In this document: in pieces, positions 44,696 through 54,513 of the stretch | Layout: each line of letters opens with the position of its first letter | Numbering within the stretch: the stretch's first letter is position 1 | From: Clostridiales bacterium | Lineage (GTDB): Bacteria; Bacillota; Clostridia; Oscillospirales; Oscillospiraceae | Reading direction: 5' to 3' | NCBI GenBank assembly: GCA_004556755.1 | Contig: SFFW01000006.1 | Location: forward strand, 66,283-130,282 | Length of the DNA stretch: 64,000 nucleotides | Position numbers and translations under genes: made by a program | Notes under the pieces: model-generated | Told to the model about the DNA's origin: nothing | Databases searched by the model: none | What the model saw: only the letters and a program-made list of their open reading frames with translations

Positions 44696-44758
44696 TCACC
44701 TGTTGCTGGGACCGGGATTGACGTCACCGAAAATCATGTCATCAATATCCATTTTCAT
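44696..44758 (-). CDS. micro-ORF, 20 aa (MKMDIDDMIFGDVNPGPSNR), hypothetical
   Basis: GAGGTGG RBS 6 nt upstream of ATG, TGA stop, then its own terminator. Below the ORF-track cutoff. Function unknown. Confidence 0.35.
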   Translation of the reverse strand: MKMDIDDMIFGDVNPGPSNR

Positions 44759-44993
44759 TTTCGCCACCTCTAAATTAAATCAACATAGTGCTATTATATG
44801 CACAAGGTCGGGGGAGAATGACGGCAATTTTTGTCCGAGAGTAAAATTTGTAATTGCAAAATTTGCCGATGCTATTGAAAGAAAGGGAAGCATGGGTTAT
44901 AATGTATAAGTTAAAATGCGGACGGTTGACCCGATTTGCCGTCCCGCAGGGCGTTCATGCCCTGCCGAAGTTTTAGTAAAGGATGATACTTAA

Positions 44994-46313
44994 ATGAGCG
45001 CATCTACCGAGAAAAAGAATCGCAGCAGCGCACGTCTTGACGGAACCGACAAGCGCACCGTTGCCAAACGCAAGGCGGCGGAAAAGGAAAGAAAGAGCAA
45101 GATCAAGTGGATCAGCGTTGCGGTCCTGATAGTGCTGGTCTTTGCCGCAGTTATCTATATCAACAGCGGTCTGTTCTTCAGACAGGCGACCGCAGTCACG
45201 GTCGAGTACGAAGCAAACGACGCCTACGATCTCCCGGCGGGCAGCCGCAGCTTCAGCGTCGCCGAAGTAAACTATGTTTACGGCACCCAGTTTATGAACA
45301 TCAGCAGCTATGCGTCCCTGTTCGGACTGGACACCACCAAGTCCTTTGATACGCAGGTCTGCACTCTTGCCGACAAGGGCGAGAACTACACATGGGACGA
45401 CTACTTCATGGATCAGTCCGTGTCCTACCTTCGTCAGGTGGCGGTCCTTGCAGACTATGCCGAGAAAAACGGCATAAAGCTCGGCGAGGAGGAGCTTGCA
45501 AACGTTGACAAGAACATCGAGTCCTTAAAGTCCGCTGCCGAGACCAACGGCTACAGCCTTGACGACTACATCTACGCCTGCTACGGCAAGGGTGTCAACG
45601 AGGATGTCGTCCGCAGCATGATGGAGCTTGAGCAGCTTGCGGCAAAGGTCGAGACCGAGCAGAGAGCCACCTACAACTACACGCAGGAGCAGCTCAGCGA
45701 GAAGTACGCTTCCGTTGCGGACGATTACGATAAGTTCAGCTTCGATTACTACTACATTGCCGCTGCGACCGAGGGTACGGACGAAAACGGCAATGCAAAC
45801 GCCCCCACCGAGGAGAGCCTTGCGGAAGCAAAGGCTCAGGCGGAAAAGATGAGAGCAAGCCTCGCCCACGGCGGTGATTTCACCGAGCTTGTCAAGGCAT
45901 ACGAGGAAGCAAACGGCATCGAGAAACCCGCCTCCGAAAGCGGAGAGACCAAGGAAGCCGGACCCACCGTCGTTGAGGCGGCAGCCGGCAACACCATCAG
46001 CAGCACCGCAGGCAGCTCCAGCGGCACCCTGTACCCCGAGGCTCTTGAGAAGTGGGTAAAGAGCGCCGACCGCACGAGCGGTGAGATCGCAGTAGTTGAG
46101 ATCGAGGGCGCCGGCTACTACGTCGTCAGATTCAACGAGCGTGATAACAATCAGGCTCCCACCGAGGAAAGCGGCGACATGAACTACTGCGACTACGTTG
46201 CAGATGCTCTGCTCCGCAACGAGGCCGTTCAGGAGTGGGAAGACGGCATTATCGGTAAGGATCAGAAGATCACCTCAAGCACCGGCTTTGCCGCAAGATA
46301 TGTAGGCAGATAA
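44994..46313 (+). CDS. membrane-anchored PrsA/PpiD-like protein with degenerate parvulin-like C-terminal domain
   Basis: Basic N-terminus plus one TM helix. C-terminal HGGDFTELVKAYEE...GEIAVVEIEGAGYYVVRF resembles a parvulin PPIase domain interrupted by a Ser/Gly/Thr-rich insert. Confidence 0.5.
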   Translation: MSASTEKKNRSSARLDGTDKRTVAKRKAAEKERKSKIKWISVAVLIVLVFAAVIYINSGLFFRQATAVTVEYEANDAYDLPAGSRSFSVAEVNYVYGTQFMNISSYASLFGLDTTKSFDTQVCTLADKGENYTWDDYFMDQSVSYLRQVAVLADYAEKNGIKLGEEELANVDKNIESLKSAAETNGYSLDDYIYACYGKGVNEDVVRSMMELEQLAAKVETEQRATYNYTQEQLSEKYASVADDYDKFSFDYYYIAAATEGTDENGNANAPTEESLAEAKAQAEKMRASLAHGGDFTELVKAYEEANGIEKPASESGETKEAGPTVVEAAAGNTISSTAGSSSGTLYPEALEKWVKSADRTSGEIAVVEIEGAGYYVVRFNERDNNQAPTEESGDMNYCDYVADALLRNEAVQEWEDGIIGKDQKITSSTGFAARYVGR

Positions 46314-46326
46314 TTTGTTTAAACCT

Positions 46327-46350
46327 AAAGCCGCCCTTTGGGGCGGCTTT
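46327..46350 (+). terminator. rho-independent terminator
   Basis: AAAGCCGCCC TTTG GGGCGGCTTT. Confidence 0.8.
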
Positions 46351-46370
46351 AATAAATTAAGGTATATCTT

Positions 46371-47078
46371 ATGAACGAAAGAAACATCAGAACATGGATG
46401 CTTTTGGGCGACGAGCGGGTGCGCAGGCTTCAAAGCTCCCACGTTGCCGTGTTCGGTCTCGGCGGCGTCGGCTCATGGTGCGCCGAGGCGCTGGCGAGGA
46501 GCGGCGTCGGCAGATTGACCCTCGTCGACAGCGACACGGTGTCGCAGAGCAACCTGAACCGTCAGCTCTGCGCCCTTACCTCGACGCTGGGCAAGCCCAA
46601 GGCGGAGGTCGTGCGCTCCCGCCTGCTCGACCTTAACCCCGACCTTTGCGTCAATGCTATCGTCGGACTGTACGACGCTGCGCACAGGGACGAGTTTTTC
46701 GCCGACTACGACTACATCGTGGATGCGATAGACCTCGTTTCCTGCAAGCTCGACCTCATCGAGACGGCGAAAAATCGCAGCATCCCGATAGTTTCGGCGC
46801 TCGGCACGGGCAATAAGTGCGACGCATCGCAGCTTAAGATAAGCGACATCAAAAAAACCAGCGGCTGTCCGCTGGCGAGAGTGGTGCGCAAGGAACTGAG
46901 GCAAAGGGGCATCGAGCATCTTGACGTCGTGTTTTCGACCGAGGAGGCAATGGAGGCCGCACAGCCGGAAACGCCGCCCCCCGGAAGGCGCAGCGTTCCC
47001 GGCTCTCTCGTGTGGGTGCCGGCAAGTGCGGGACTCCTGCTCTGCCAGCACGTCGTGCGTTCGCTTACAGCTCTATGA
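46371..47078 (+). CDS. tcdA: tRNA threonylcarbamoyladenosine dehydratase (ThiF-family)
   Basis: VAVFGLGGVGSWCAEALARSGVGRLTLVDSDTVSQSNLNRQ nucleotide-binding region. 235 aa. Confidence 0.85.
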   Translation: MNERNIRTWMLLGDERVRRLQSSHVAVFGLGGVGSWCAEALARSGVGRLTLVDSDTVSQSNLNRQLCALTSTLGKPKAEVVRSRLLDLNPDLCVNAIVGLYDAAHRDEFFADYDYIVDAIDLVSCKLDLIETAKNRSIPIVSALGTGNKCDASQLKISDIKKTSGCPLARVVRKELRQRGIEHLDVVFSTEEAMEAAQPETPPPGRRSVPGSLVWVPASAGLLLCQHVVRSLTAL

Positions 47079-47916
47079 CCTGCTCCGGGACGTCGGGGTC
47101 GTGATTTGCGATGACGCCGATGCAGCCCGGCTTTTCAGCCTCACTGCGCAGCCACTTGAGCGAGCGCAGCATACTCTTTTCGCTGAAGCCGAAGCCCGGC
47201 ACGATCATGGTACTCAGGTTGCGCCCGTTAAAGCAGGCGTCGGAGCATAGAATAAGCGATTTGCCGTTATTCTCGATCTTGACGCCGATGTGTCCGAACG
47301 TGTGACCGGGGAGACTTACGAGGGTCACGCTGCCGTCCCCGAACAGATCGTATGACCACCAGTTCGGCCCGATGCCTGTACCCTTGAACCAAAAATATTC
47401 GGTGTCCTCATCGACCCACAGGTTCCACGGCTGACGTACACGGAACACGGTGCGGCAGCTCCAGAAAAACTCCTCCTGCGGCATGAGACGGCGCTTGGCG
47501 TTTCTCAGCGAGCGCAGTCCGGCGGTGTGGTCGGGGTCGAGGTGCGTGAGCAGTACGATGTCGAGATCCTCCGGCGCAATGCCGAGACCTTCGAGCTTTT
47601 CGACGGCGGTGCAGCCTTTCTCGACGCTTGGACGGAAAAAGCCCGTCAGATACGTCGGGAGGATGCGGTTTGCCGCCTTGCGGTCAAAAACCCCGTCGGG
47701 GCTTATATCACGGCTGATGCCGGTATCGACAAGTACCCTTCCTGCGGGATGCTCTATAAGATAGCACGAGACCGGGAGCGTAACTCTCCTGCTTTCGGGG
47801 CAGAAAACGCCGCCCAGAGCGCCGCCGAGACTCAGCCCGCCTTCGGGGACCGAGGGAGAGACGGAGACGGTGCCGCAGTGAAGAATGTGAATTTTGATTG
47901 GGGGACGGGCTTCCAT
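47065..47916 (-). CDS. MBL-fold metallo-hydrolase (lactonase-like)
   Basis: Metal motif LTHLDPDHTAG plus downstream His/Asp residues. 283 aa. Confidence 0.75.
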   Translation of the reverse strand: MEARPPIKIHILHCGTVSVSPSVPEGGLSLGGALGGVFCPESRRVTLPVSCYLIEHPAGRVLVDTGISRDISPDGVFDRKAANRILPTYLTGFFRPSVEKGCTAVEKLEGLGIAPEDLDIVLLTHLDPDHTAGLRSLRNAKRRLMPQEEFFWSCRTVFRVRQPWNLWVDEDTEYFWFKGTGIGPNWWSYDLFGDGSVTLVSLPGHTFGHIGVKIENNGKSLILCSDACFNGRNLSTMIVPGFGFSEKSMLRSLKWLRSEAEKPGCIGVIANHDPDVPEQVIEL

Positions 47917-47995
47917 GGCGCACCTCCGAAATTATTTACCACTTGGTAAGATATTAACACGGAAATAAAAATATGTAAATAGCAAGGAGGCAAAA

Positions 47996-48577
47996 ATGCC
48001 TGCAATAGTTGATAAAGAAGCCGTGCGCATGGAGATACTCATGGCGTTTCAGCGCTGCATCGACAAAAAGCCGCTGACGAACGTCTCGCTGCGTGACATC
48101 GCTGCGGAGGCGAATATGTCGCACCCGAAGCTTCTCAATTACTTTGAAAACAAAGAGGACCTGATAGTCAGCTATGTGCGCTATACGAGGGACTTTATGA
48201 GCGAGAAGTGCATAGCGTGGTTCAAGGAGCATGACCGCAGCGACTATCCGTCGAATCTTGCGTACATGAACGACTTTATGAGCTACGTAGCAAACGGAAA
48301 GGCCGGCGAGGAGCGCCCCAACGCCACGACGCAGACCTATGTTCTTGCGCACTACAACGAGCGTGTGGCGGAGCTTGTAATGTCGGAGTTCTGCGAGTGG
48401 CGGCGTGTCATGGAGGAGTGTCTTGCGAAGATCTACGGACCGGAGGTCGGCAGAAAAGAGGCGGAGGGCATGATGATACTCATAGCCGGAACCTTCATAT
48501 GCAACTACAACAAGGCGCTCACGGGCGAGATAAATAACGATATAATCGGTTCGTTCGGACGGCTCATCGAAAGCTGA
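47996..48577 (+). CDS. TetR-family transcriptional regulator
   Basis: HTH LTNVSLRDIAAEANMSHPKLLNYF. Divergent from the MBL gene. Confidence 0.8.
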   Translation: MPAIVDKEAVRMEILMAFQRCIDKKPLTNVSLRDIAAEANMSHPKLLNYFENKEDLIVSYVRYTRDFMSEKCIAWFKEHDRSDYPSNLAYMNDFMSYVANGKAGEERPNATTQTYVLAHYNERVAELVMSEFCEWRRVMEECLAKIYGPEVGRKEAEGMMILIAGTFICNYNKALTGEINNDIIGSFGRLIES

Positions 48578-48583
48578 AAAATT

Positions 48584-48616
48584 CCGGTAATACGCAAAGT
48601 ATTACCGGGATTTTTT
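48584..48616 (+). terminator. rho-independent terminator
   Basis: CCGGTAATAC GCAAA GTATTACCGG followed by GATTTTTT. Confidence 0.85.
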
Positions 48617-48894
48617 GAGTGTGAATCAAAAAGTCAGGCTTTTCAGAAGCTTCACAACATTTTCGTTAAGCATAACCGTCCATCCTTGTTTTTTGAACCG
48701 CAAGGTTCTTATGCACTGATTATTAGGCGAATATAAGGGAAACGGAAGATATGGGTCAATTTATGAGCAGCTATTAAATTTGTTAGTGACGGACTCCGAT
48801 CCTCGGCAGACGACAAGTGCAGAGGCTGCTATTGCGCCCGGCGAACCCAAGCGCACACATAAACGAATTTGCACAGAGCGCTCTCGATTTTTTG

Positions 48895-49305
48895 TCATAT
48901 AATGACACCGTCGCAGTGGTCGATCTCGTGCTGTATGATCTCCGCCGTCCAGCCGGTGAAGGTCTTGAGGCGGGTCTGAAACTTTTCGTTCTGCCACTGA
49001 ACCTTGATGCTGCGGAAGCGCTTCGTTTTCCGCACGCCGGAGAGTGAAAGACAGCCCTCCTCGGCGTCGAAAGCGCCGGAGCGCTTCACGATGACGGGGT
49101 TCAGCATGACCATATATTCGCCGTCGTTCTCAAAGGCGATGATGCGCTTTTTAACGCCGATCATGTTCGCCGCCATACCGACGCAGCCGTCCTTGTGGCT
49201 TATGAGCGTGTCCAAAAGGTCCTGCGCCGTGCCGAGGTCGTCGGGCGTGGCGGGGTCGGACCTTTGGGCGAGGAAGTCCTCGTCCCTGCAAATCTCACGG
49301 ATCAT
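48895..49305 (-). CDS. def: peptide deformylase
   Basis: GMAANMIG (GxGxAAxQ-like), EGCLS and QHEIDH motifs. Confidence 0.9.
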   Translation of the reverse strand: MIREICRDEDFLAQRSDPATPDDLGTAQDLLDTLISHKDGCVGMAANMIGVKKRIIAFENDGEYMVMLNPVIVKRSGAFDAEEGCLSLSGVRKTKRFRSIKVQWQNEKFQTRLKTFTGWTAEIIQHEIDHCDGVII

Positions 49306-49560
49306 GTGTGTCCTCCTTATGCTTTAAATGCTTTGATTAACATTGTATCAGCCCTTGCCGAGCTCCGCAAGCGGCATTTCGGTTTTGATTTGAAAAGGCG
49401 GAGTACGGGAGCGGAGGGACGACGTTCTCTTTGGAAAAGGTATTCGCCCCAGCTTCCTTTGCCGACAGGTCTTCGCTTTTCCGCATTGCCGTCATGGTAA
49501 TGCGCCGTGTATGCTCCCACCCCATCGACAGGGAGTTTAAACAGCGAAGAGTGAATAAGT

Positions 49561-49599
49561 AAAAAGCCTGCAAATCTCTACTGAGATTTGCAGGCTTTT
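49561..49599 (-). terminator. terminator after tRNA-Leu
   Basis: GCCTGCAAATCTC TACT GAGATTTGCAGGC, flanked by A5/T5. Confidence 0.85.
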
Positions 49600-49685
49600 T
49601 GGTGCCGGTGGCCGGACTCGAACCGGCACGATGTTGCCATCAGAGGATTTTAAGTCCGCCGTGTCTACCATTCCACCACACCGGC
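49600..49685 (-). tRNA. tRNA-Leu (anticodon UAA)
   Basis: GCCGGTG acceptor, anticodon loop CTTAAAA, long variable arm, T loop TTCGAGT, encoded CCA. 86 nt. Confidence 0.9.
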
Positions 49686-49804
49686 ATTTTTACCGCTTTA
49701 TTTTACCATTTGCCGCATCGCCTGTCAACAATTATAATGCTTGCGTTATCTGCCGTAATTTGATATTATATTCTATTATAATATATTATGAAGTAGTGTT
49801 GGGA

Positions 49805-51838
49805 ATGAATTATAGTAAATGGAGTGCAGCACGCTGCTGCGGCGACGCACCCGAAGCGCTGCTGGCGGCGGGCTATCCTCCGCTGCTTGCGTCCATGCTT
49901 GCGGTGCGAGGAATAGAAACGGAAGAAAGGGCAAGGGAATTTCTTGACGGAGATTCGGACTGCCTTAGGGATCCCATGCTCTTTAAGGGCATGGACAAGG
50001 CGGTCTCACGCATAAAGTCGGCGCTCGGTGCGGGTGAGACCTTCGCCGTGTACGGAGACTACGACGTGGACGGCATCACCGCCACCTGCCTGCTCAGCGA
50101 CTGGCTGCGCTCGAAGGGCGCAGAGTGCCTGACCTACATTCCCGACCGTATTGCCGAGGGCTACGGCTTAAACTGTGCTGCGATCGACAAGCTCAAAGCG
50201 CAGGGCGTGAGCCTCATCATAAGCGTCGACTGCGGCATCACCGCAGCGGCGGAGGCGAAGTATGCAAAAGAGATCGGCGTCGATATCATCATCACCGACC
50301 ACCACGAGTGCAGGGAGGAGACGCTCCCCTCCGCAGTTGCGGTCATCGACGCAAAGCAGCCGGACTGCCCTTACCCCAACAAGGAGCTGGCGGGCGTCGG
50401 CGTCGCTTTGAAGCTCGTCTGCGCCGTCGAGGGCGAAAGCGCCCCGGTCATCGAGCGCTATGCGGAGCTTGCTGCCGTCGGAACGCTGGCGGATGTCGTG
50501 CCGCTCGTCGGCGAAAACCGCTACATCGTCCGCTGCGGAATCGACGCAATGGAGCATCGCCCCAGACCCGGCATCGCCGCTCTGCTGCGGGAGTCGGGAG
50601 CGGGGGACAAGCGCCTCACCGCAACGACCATCGTCTTCTCGCTTGCGCCGAGGCTGAACGCCGCCGGAAGGCTCGGCTGCGTTCCCGTGGCGCTGAAGCT
50701 TTTAATGACAAAGGACCCGGCGGAGGCAAGCTCGCTCGCCTCTGTGCTGTGTGACCTAAACCGCCGCCGTCAGATGCTCGAAACGAGCATTTGGGAGGAC
50801 GCAAAGGGCATGATGAGCCGCAAAAGCCCCGGTCTGCCTATCGTGCTGTCGAGCGAAAAATGGCACCAGGGTGTCATCGGCATCGCCGCATCGAAGCTTG
50901 CTGAGCAATACTCCGTGCCGACCGTTATGATATGCCTCGACGGTGAAAAGGGCAAAGGCTCATGCCGCTCCTGCGGCGGCTTCAACCTGTTTGACGCACT
51001 GTCCGCCTGCTCGGAGTACCTTGAGAGCTTCGGCGGTCATGCGCTTGCGGCGGGACTCAATATCCGCCGTGAACGGCTGGACGATTTTTGCCGTGCCTTT
51101 GAGGAATACTACGAGAAAAACAAGCCGCTTGAGCTGCCGGAGCTTTGCTGCGACCTTGAGATCACGGAGCCGGAGTCGCTCGACATGGAGGGAGTTGAGG
51201 CGCTTTCCCGACTCGAACCCTTCGGCAACGGCAACGCAAAGCCGCTCATGTGCATCCTCGGCTGCCGGCTTGACCGCATCAACGAGATCGGCGGCGGGCG
51301 TCACCTTCGGCTCGGCGTGAGCTATCGGGGGAAAAGCTTTGAGTGCGTGTTCTTTTCGCACAGCGAAAGGGACCTAAACGTCGGCGTCGGCGACTGCATC
51401 GACATAGCCTTTACGCCGCAGATAAACGAGTTTCGCCAAAACCGAACGGTGCAGCTTCAGATCACCGCCGTGCGGCGGCACGATCCGAGGGAGCTGTGCA
51501 GGAGCCTGCTTTCGGGCGGGGACGCTTTTGCCCTGCGCCGTGCGGCGGTGTACTGCCCCGACAGGTCGGACTTCGTAAAGGCGTGGAGGCGGCTGCAGTC
51601 CCTCGGAGGTACGGTAGCGGAGGACTTTGAGAACGTGCTGCGCCAGTGTCCCGTCGGACTGCGACCGGAGAGCTTCTGCATCTGCCTGTGCGTACTGCTT
51701 GAGCTTGGGCTTATGCGCAGGGGCAGCTCCGGCGGCATTTTGGGTGCCGACATAATACGGGACTCCGCAAAGGTGAATCTTGAGGATTCAAGGATAATAA
51801 AACGGCTCAGGAGAGAAAATGGAAGACGACAGAAGTAA
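49805..51838 (+). CDS. recJ: single-stranded-DNA-specific exonuclease RecJ
   Basis: DHH motifs (VYGDYDVDGITA, SVDCG, ITDHHE) and DHHA1 (GGHALAAG). ATG 49805. The track ORF starts inside the tRNA-Leu gene. Confidence 0.9.
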   Translation: MNYSKWSAARCCGDAPEALLAAGYPPLLASMLAVRGIETEERAREFLDGDSDCLRDPMLFKGMDKAVSRIKSALGAGETFAVYGDYDVDGITATCLLSDWLRSKGAECLTYIPDRIAEGYGLNCAAIDKLKAQGVSLIISVDCGITAAAEAKYAKEIGVDIIITDHHECREETLPSAVAVIDAKQPDCPYPNKELAGVGVALKLVCAVEGESAPVIERYAELAAVGTLADVVPLVGENRYIVRCGIDAMEHRPRPGIAALLRESGAGDKRLTATTIVFSLAPRLNAAGRLGCVPVALKLLMTKDPAEASSLASVLCDLNRRRQMLETSIWEDAKGMMSRKSPGLPIVLSSEKWHQGVIGIAASKLAEQYSVPTVMICLDGEKGKGSCRSCGGFNLFDALSACSEYLESFGGHALAAGLNIRRERLDDFCRAFEEYYEKNKPLELPELCCDLEITEPESLDMEGVEALSRLEPFGNGNAKPLMCILGCRLDRINEIGGGRHLRLGVSYRGKSFECVFFSHSERDLNVGVGDCIDIAFTPQINEFRQNRTVQLQITAVRRHDPRELCRSLLSGGDAFALRRAAVYCPDRSDFVKAWRRLQSLGGTVAEDFENVLRQCPVGLRPESFCICLCVLLELGLMRRGSSGGILGADIIRDSAKVNLEDSRIIKRLRRENGRRQK

Positions 51839-54095
51839 TGCGGCGCAGGAGCGGGGAAAGCTTGACCCCGACGAAATGTTTGCCGAGCTTGAAAATAAAA
51901 TACAGGTCAACTGTCCCGAAATGGAGCTGGGCAGGATAAAAGCCGCCTACGAGATGGCAAAGCTTGCCCACGCAGGGCAGAAGCGCAAGGAGGGTTCGCC
52001 ATATGTGACCCACTGCGTCGCCGCTGCGGACATCGCCGTCGATATGGGGCTTGACGAGGACTCCGTCATCGCCGCTCTGCTGCACGACCTCATCGAGGAT
52101 ACGCCGCTCACGCACGCCGACATCGCAAAGCAGTTCGGCGAGAGCGTCGCAAACATCGTCGAGGGCGTCACGAAGCTGACCCGTGTGCAGTACACCAGCA
52201 AGGAAGACGAGCAGATGGAGAACCTGAGAAAGATGCTCATGGCAATGAGCAAGGACATCAGGGTCATCCTCATAAAGATCGCCGACAGGCTGCACAATAT
52301 GCGCACCATGGAGTACCAGACCGCCGAGAAGCAGCGCATAAAATCGCTCGAAACGATGGAGATATACGCCCCCATCGCCCACCGCCTCGGTATGCAGAAG
52401 GCAAAGTGGGAGCTTGAGGACCTGGCGCTCAAGTACCTTGACCCCACGGGCTACAAGGAGATAACGGACGTACTCAACGAGCGCATGGAAACGCTCAGGA
52501 GCTTCATGTCGTCCATGGAGGAGAAGATCAAAAAGCGCCTCACGGACGAGGGGCTGGAGGTCACGATATACAGCCGCATAAAGCATATATACAGCATCTA
52601 CCGCAAGATGTATGCGCAGAAGCTCGACATAAACGGCATATTCGACCTCTGCGCCTTCCGGGTCATTGTGGACACGATACCCGACTGCTACAACGTTCTC
52701 GGCATCATCCACGATATGTTCAAGCCCGTGCCGGGTCGCTTCAAGGACTATATCTCGACACCGAAGCCGAATATGTACCAAAGCGTGCATACCACGGTCA
52801 TAGGCAGCGAGGGCATACCCTTTGAGGTGCAGATACGCACTTGGGATATGCACCGCACCGCCGAATACGGCATCGCCGCCCATTGGAAGTACAAGATGGG
52901 CGACACCGGCGTTAAGACCGGCGACGAGGAGAAGTTTGCTTGGGTGCGCAGGCTGCTTGAAAGCCAGCAGGAGTCCGACGCAACGGACTTTTTCCACAAC
53001 CTGAAAATCGATATGTTCGCCGACGAGGTGTTCGTTTTCTCACCGAAGGGCGACGTTATAAATCTTCCCGCAGGGGCGACGCCCATCGACTTTGCCTACA
53101 GCATACACTCCGCCGTCGGCAACAGCATGGTGGGTGCGTCGGTAAACGGCAGGATAGTCACCTTTGACCACGTTCTCCAAAACGGCGACATCGTGGAGGT
53201 GCGCACGGCGAAGAATGCGCCGGGGCCGAGCCGTGACTGGCTGAACATCGCAAAAAGCGGCTCTGCGAGAACGAAGATCAAGCAGTGGTTCAAAAAAGAG
53301 CGCCGTGAGGAGAACATCGTCCGAGGCAAGGAGATGTTCGAGGCGGAGCTTAAAAACAGGGGACTGCGCCCGGAGGAGATAAGCGACGATGAGGTGCTGC
53401 CTCTGCTGCTTAAAAAGGTCTCCTGCGCAAGCCTTGAGGAGCTGTACGCCTCCATCGGCTACGGCGGAATGACCGCCACGAGAAGCGTCAACCGCATGAA
53501 GGACGAGCTTCTGCGTCTGCACCACGCAAGCGAGAAGAAGACCGTGCTTGACAAGGTGACCGAGGCGGCGGAGCGCCGTGAAACTCAGGCGAAAAAGAAG
53601 GTAAAGCCCGTCCACGGCGTGCTTGTCGAGGGGCTTGACAACTGCCTTATAAAGTTCTCACGCTGCTGCACCCCCATCCCCGGCGACGAGATCGCAGGCT
53701 TCATCACGAGGGGGCAGGGCGTGTCGATACATCGCTGCGACTGTGAAAATTACATCCGCCGGAGCGCCCACCCGGAGGGCGAGGGTCGCTGGATAAAGGT
53801 CGAGTGGGCGGACGATATAAATGAAGCCTACACCACGACGATCAAGGTCGTCTCGCACGAGCGCAGCGGTCTTATCATGGACATTGCGACGGCGCTCAAC
53901 GCCCTGAACGCCAAGGTGCGGAGCATGAACGCAAGAGACATCGAGGGCAGCAAATCCGTCGTGAGCATAACGCTTGAGGTGAAGAATTTGGATGCCCTGC
54001 GGACGGTCATCAACAGGATTTCCTCGATACGGGGCGTCAGTGAGGTCAGCAGAAACGGAAGGAGAAAAAATGAGAGCGGTACTGACGAGAGTTGA
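51819..54095 (+). CDS. relA: bifunctional (p)ppGpp synthetase/hydrolase
   Basis: HD hydrolase, RelA/SpoT synthetase (YRSLHT-like YQSVHTTV), TGS and ACT domains. 758 aa. Confidence 0.95.
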   Translation: MEDDRSNAAQERGKLDPDEMFAELENKIQVNCPEMELGRIKAAYEMAKLAHAGQKRKEGSPYVTHCVAAADIAVDMGLDEDSVIAALLHDLIEDTPLTHADIAKQFGESVANIVEGVTKLTRVQYTSKEDEQMENLRKMLMAMSKDIRVILIKIADRLHNMRTMEYQTAEKQRIKSLETMEIYAPIAHRLGMQKAKWELEDLALKYLDPTGYKEITDVLNERMETLRSFMSSMEEKIKKRLTDEGLEVTIYSRIKHIYSIYRKMYAQKLDINGIFDLCAFRVIVDTIPDCYNVLGIIHDMFKPVPGRFKDYISTPKPNMYQSVHTTVIGSEGIPFEVQIRTWDMHRTAEYGIAAHWKYKMGDTGVKTGDEEKFAWVRRLLESQQESDATDFFHNLKIDMFADEVFVFSPKGDVINLPAGATPIDFAYSIHSAVGNSMVGASVNGRIVTFDHVLQNGDIVEVRTAKNAPGPSRDWLNIAKSGSARTKIKQWFKKERREENIVRGKEMFEAELKNRGLRPEEISDDEVLPLLLKKVSCASLEELYASIGYGGMTATRSVNRMKDELLRLHHASEKKTVLDKVTEAAERRETQAKKKVKPVHGVLVEGLDNCLIKFSRCCTPIPGDEIAGFITRGQGVSIHRCDCENYIRRSAHPEGEGRWIKVEWADDINEAYTTTIKVVSHERSGLIMDIATALNALNAKVRSMNARDIEGSKSVVSITLEVKNLDALRTVINRISSIRGVSEVSRNGRRKNESGTDES

Positions 54096-54513
54096 CAGCG
54101 CCTCCGTCGCCATCGGCGGCGAGGTGAAGGCGAGCATAGGCAAGGGGTTTCTCGTGCTGCTCGGGGTCCATGAGGACGACACCGCAGAGCAGGCGGACAA
54201 GATCGCCGACAAGATCTGCGGTCTGAGGATATTTGAGGACGAGGCAGGCAAAATGAACCTGAATCCCGAAACGGCGGGAGCGGAGCTACTTATCATCAGC
54301 CAGTTTACGCTGTTTGCCGACTGCCGCTCACGGCGGCCGGGCTTTTCCCATGCGGCGAGACCCGAAAAGGCGATACCGCTTTACGAAAGAGTGATCGAAA
54401 ACTGCCGCAAGCGGGGCTTTTCGGTCGGCACCGGAGAGTTCGGAGCCGAGATGAAGGTCAGCTCCGTAAACGACGGTCCCGTTACGATAATTCTTGATAC
54501 GAAGGAGCTTTGA
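54070..54513 (+). CDS. dtd: D-aminoacyl-tRNA deacylase
   Basis: MRAVLTRV...GKGFLVLLGV...SQFTL... ATG 54070 follows GGAGAA and overlaps the rel end. Confidence 0.9.
   Translation: MRAVLTRVDSASVAIGGEVKASIGKGFLVLLGVHEDDTAEQADKIADKICGLRIFEDEAGKMNLNPETAGAELLIISQFTLFADCRSRRPGFSHAARPEKAIPLYERVIENCRKRGFSVGTGEFGAEMKVSSVNDGPVTIILDTKEL

Noticed and set aside
44696-44758. Functional 2A-like ribosome-skipping peptide
   Set aside because: The motif lacks the ExN spacing of D(V/I)ExNPGP and the ORF ends a few codons later with nothing to skip into. Kept only as a candidate micro-ORF.
49306-49560. Riboswitch or T-box upstream of def
   Set aside because: I saw no match to the conserved cores of the SAM, TPP, cobalamin, c-di-GMP, ZTP, guanidine or T-box elements that I can recall. 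This needs a covariance-model scan rather than inspection by eye.
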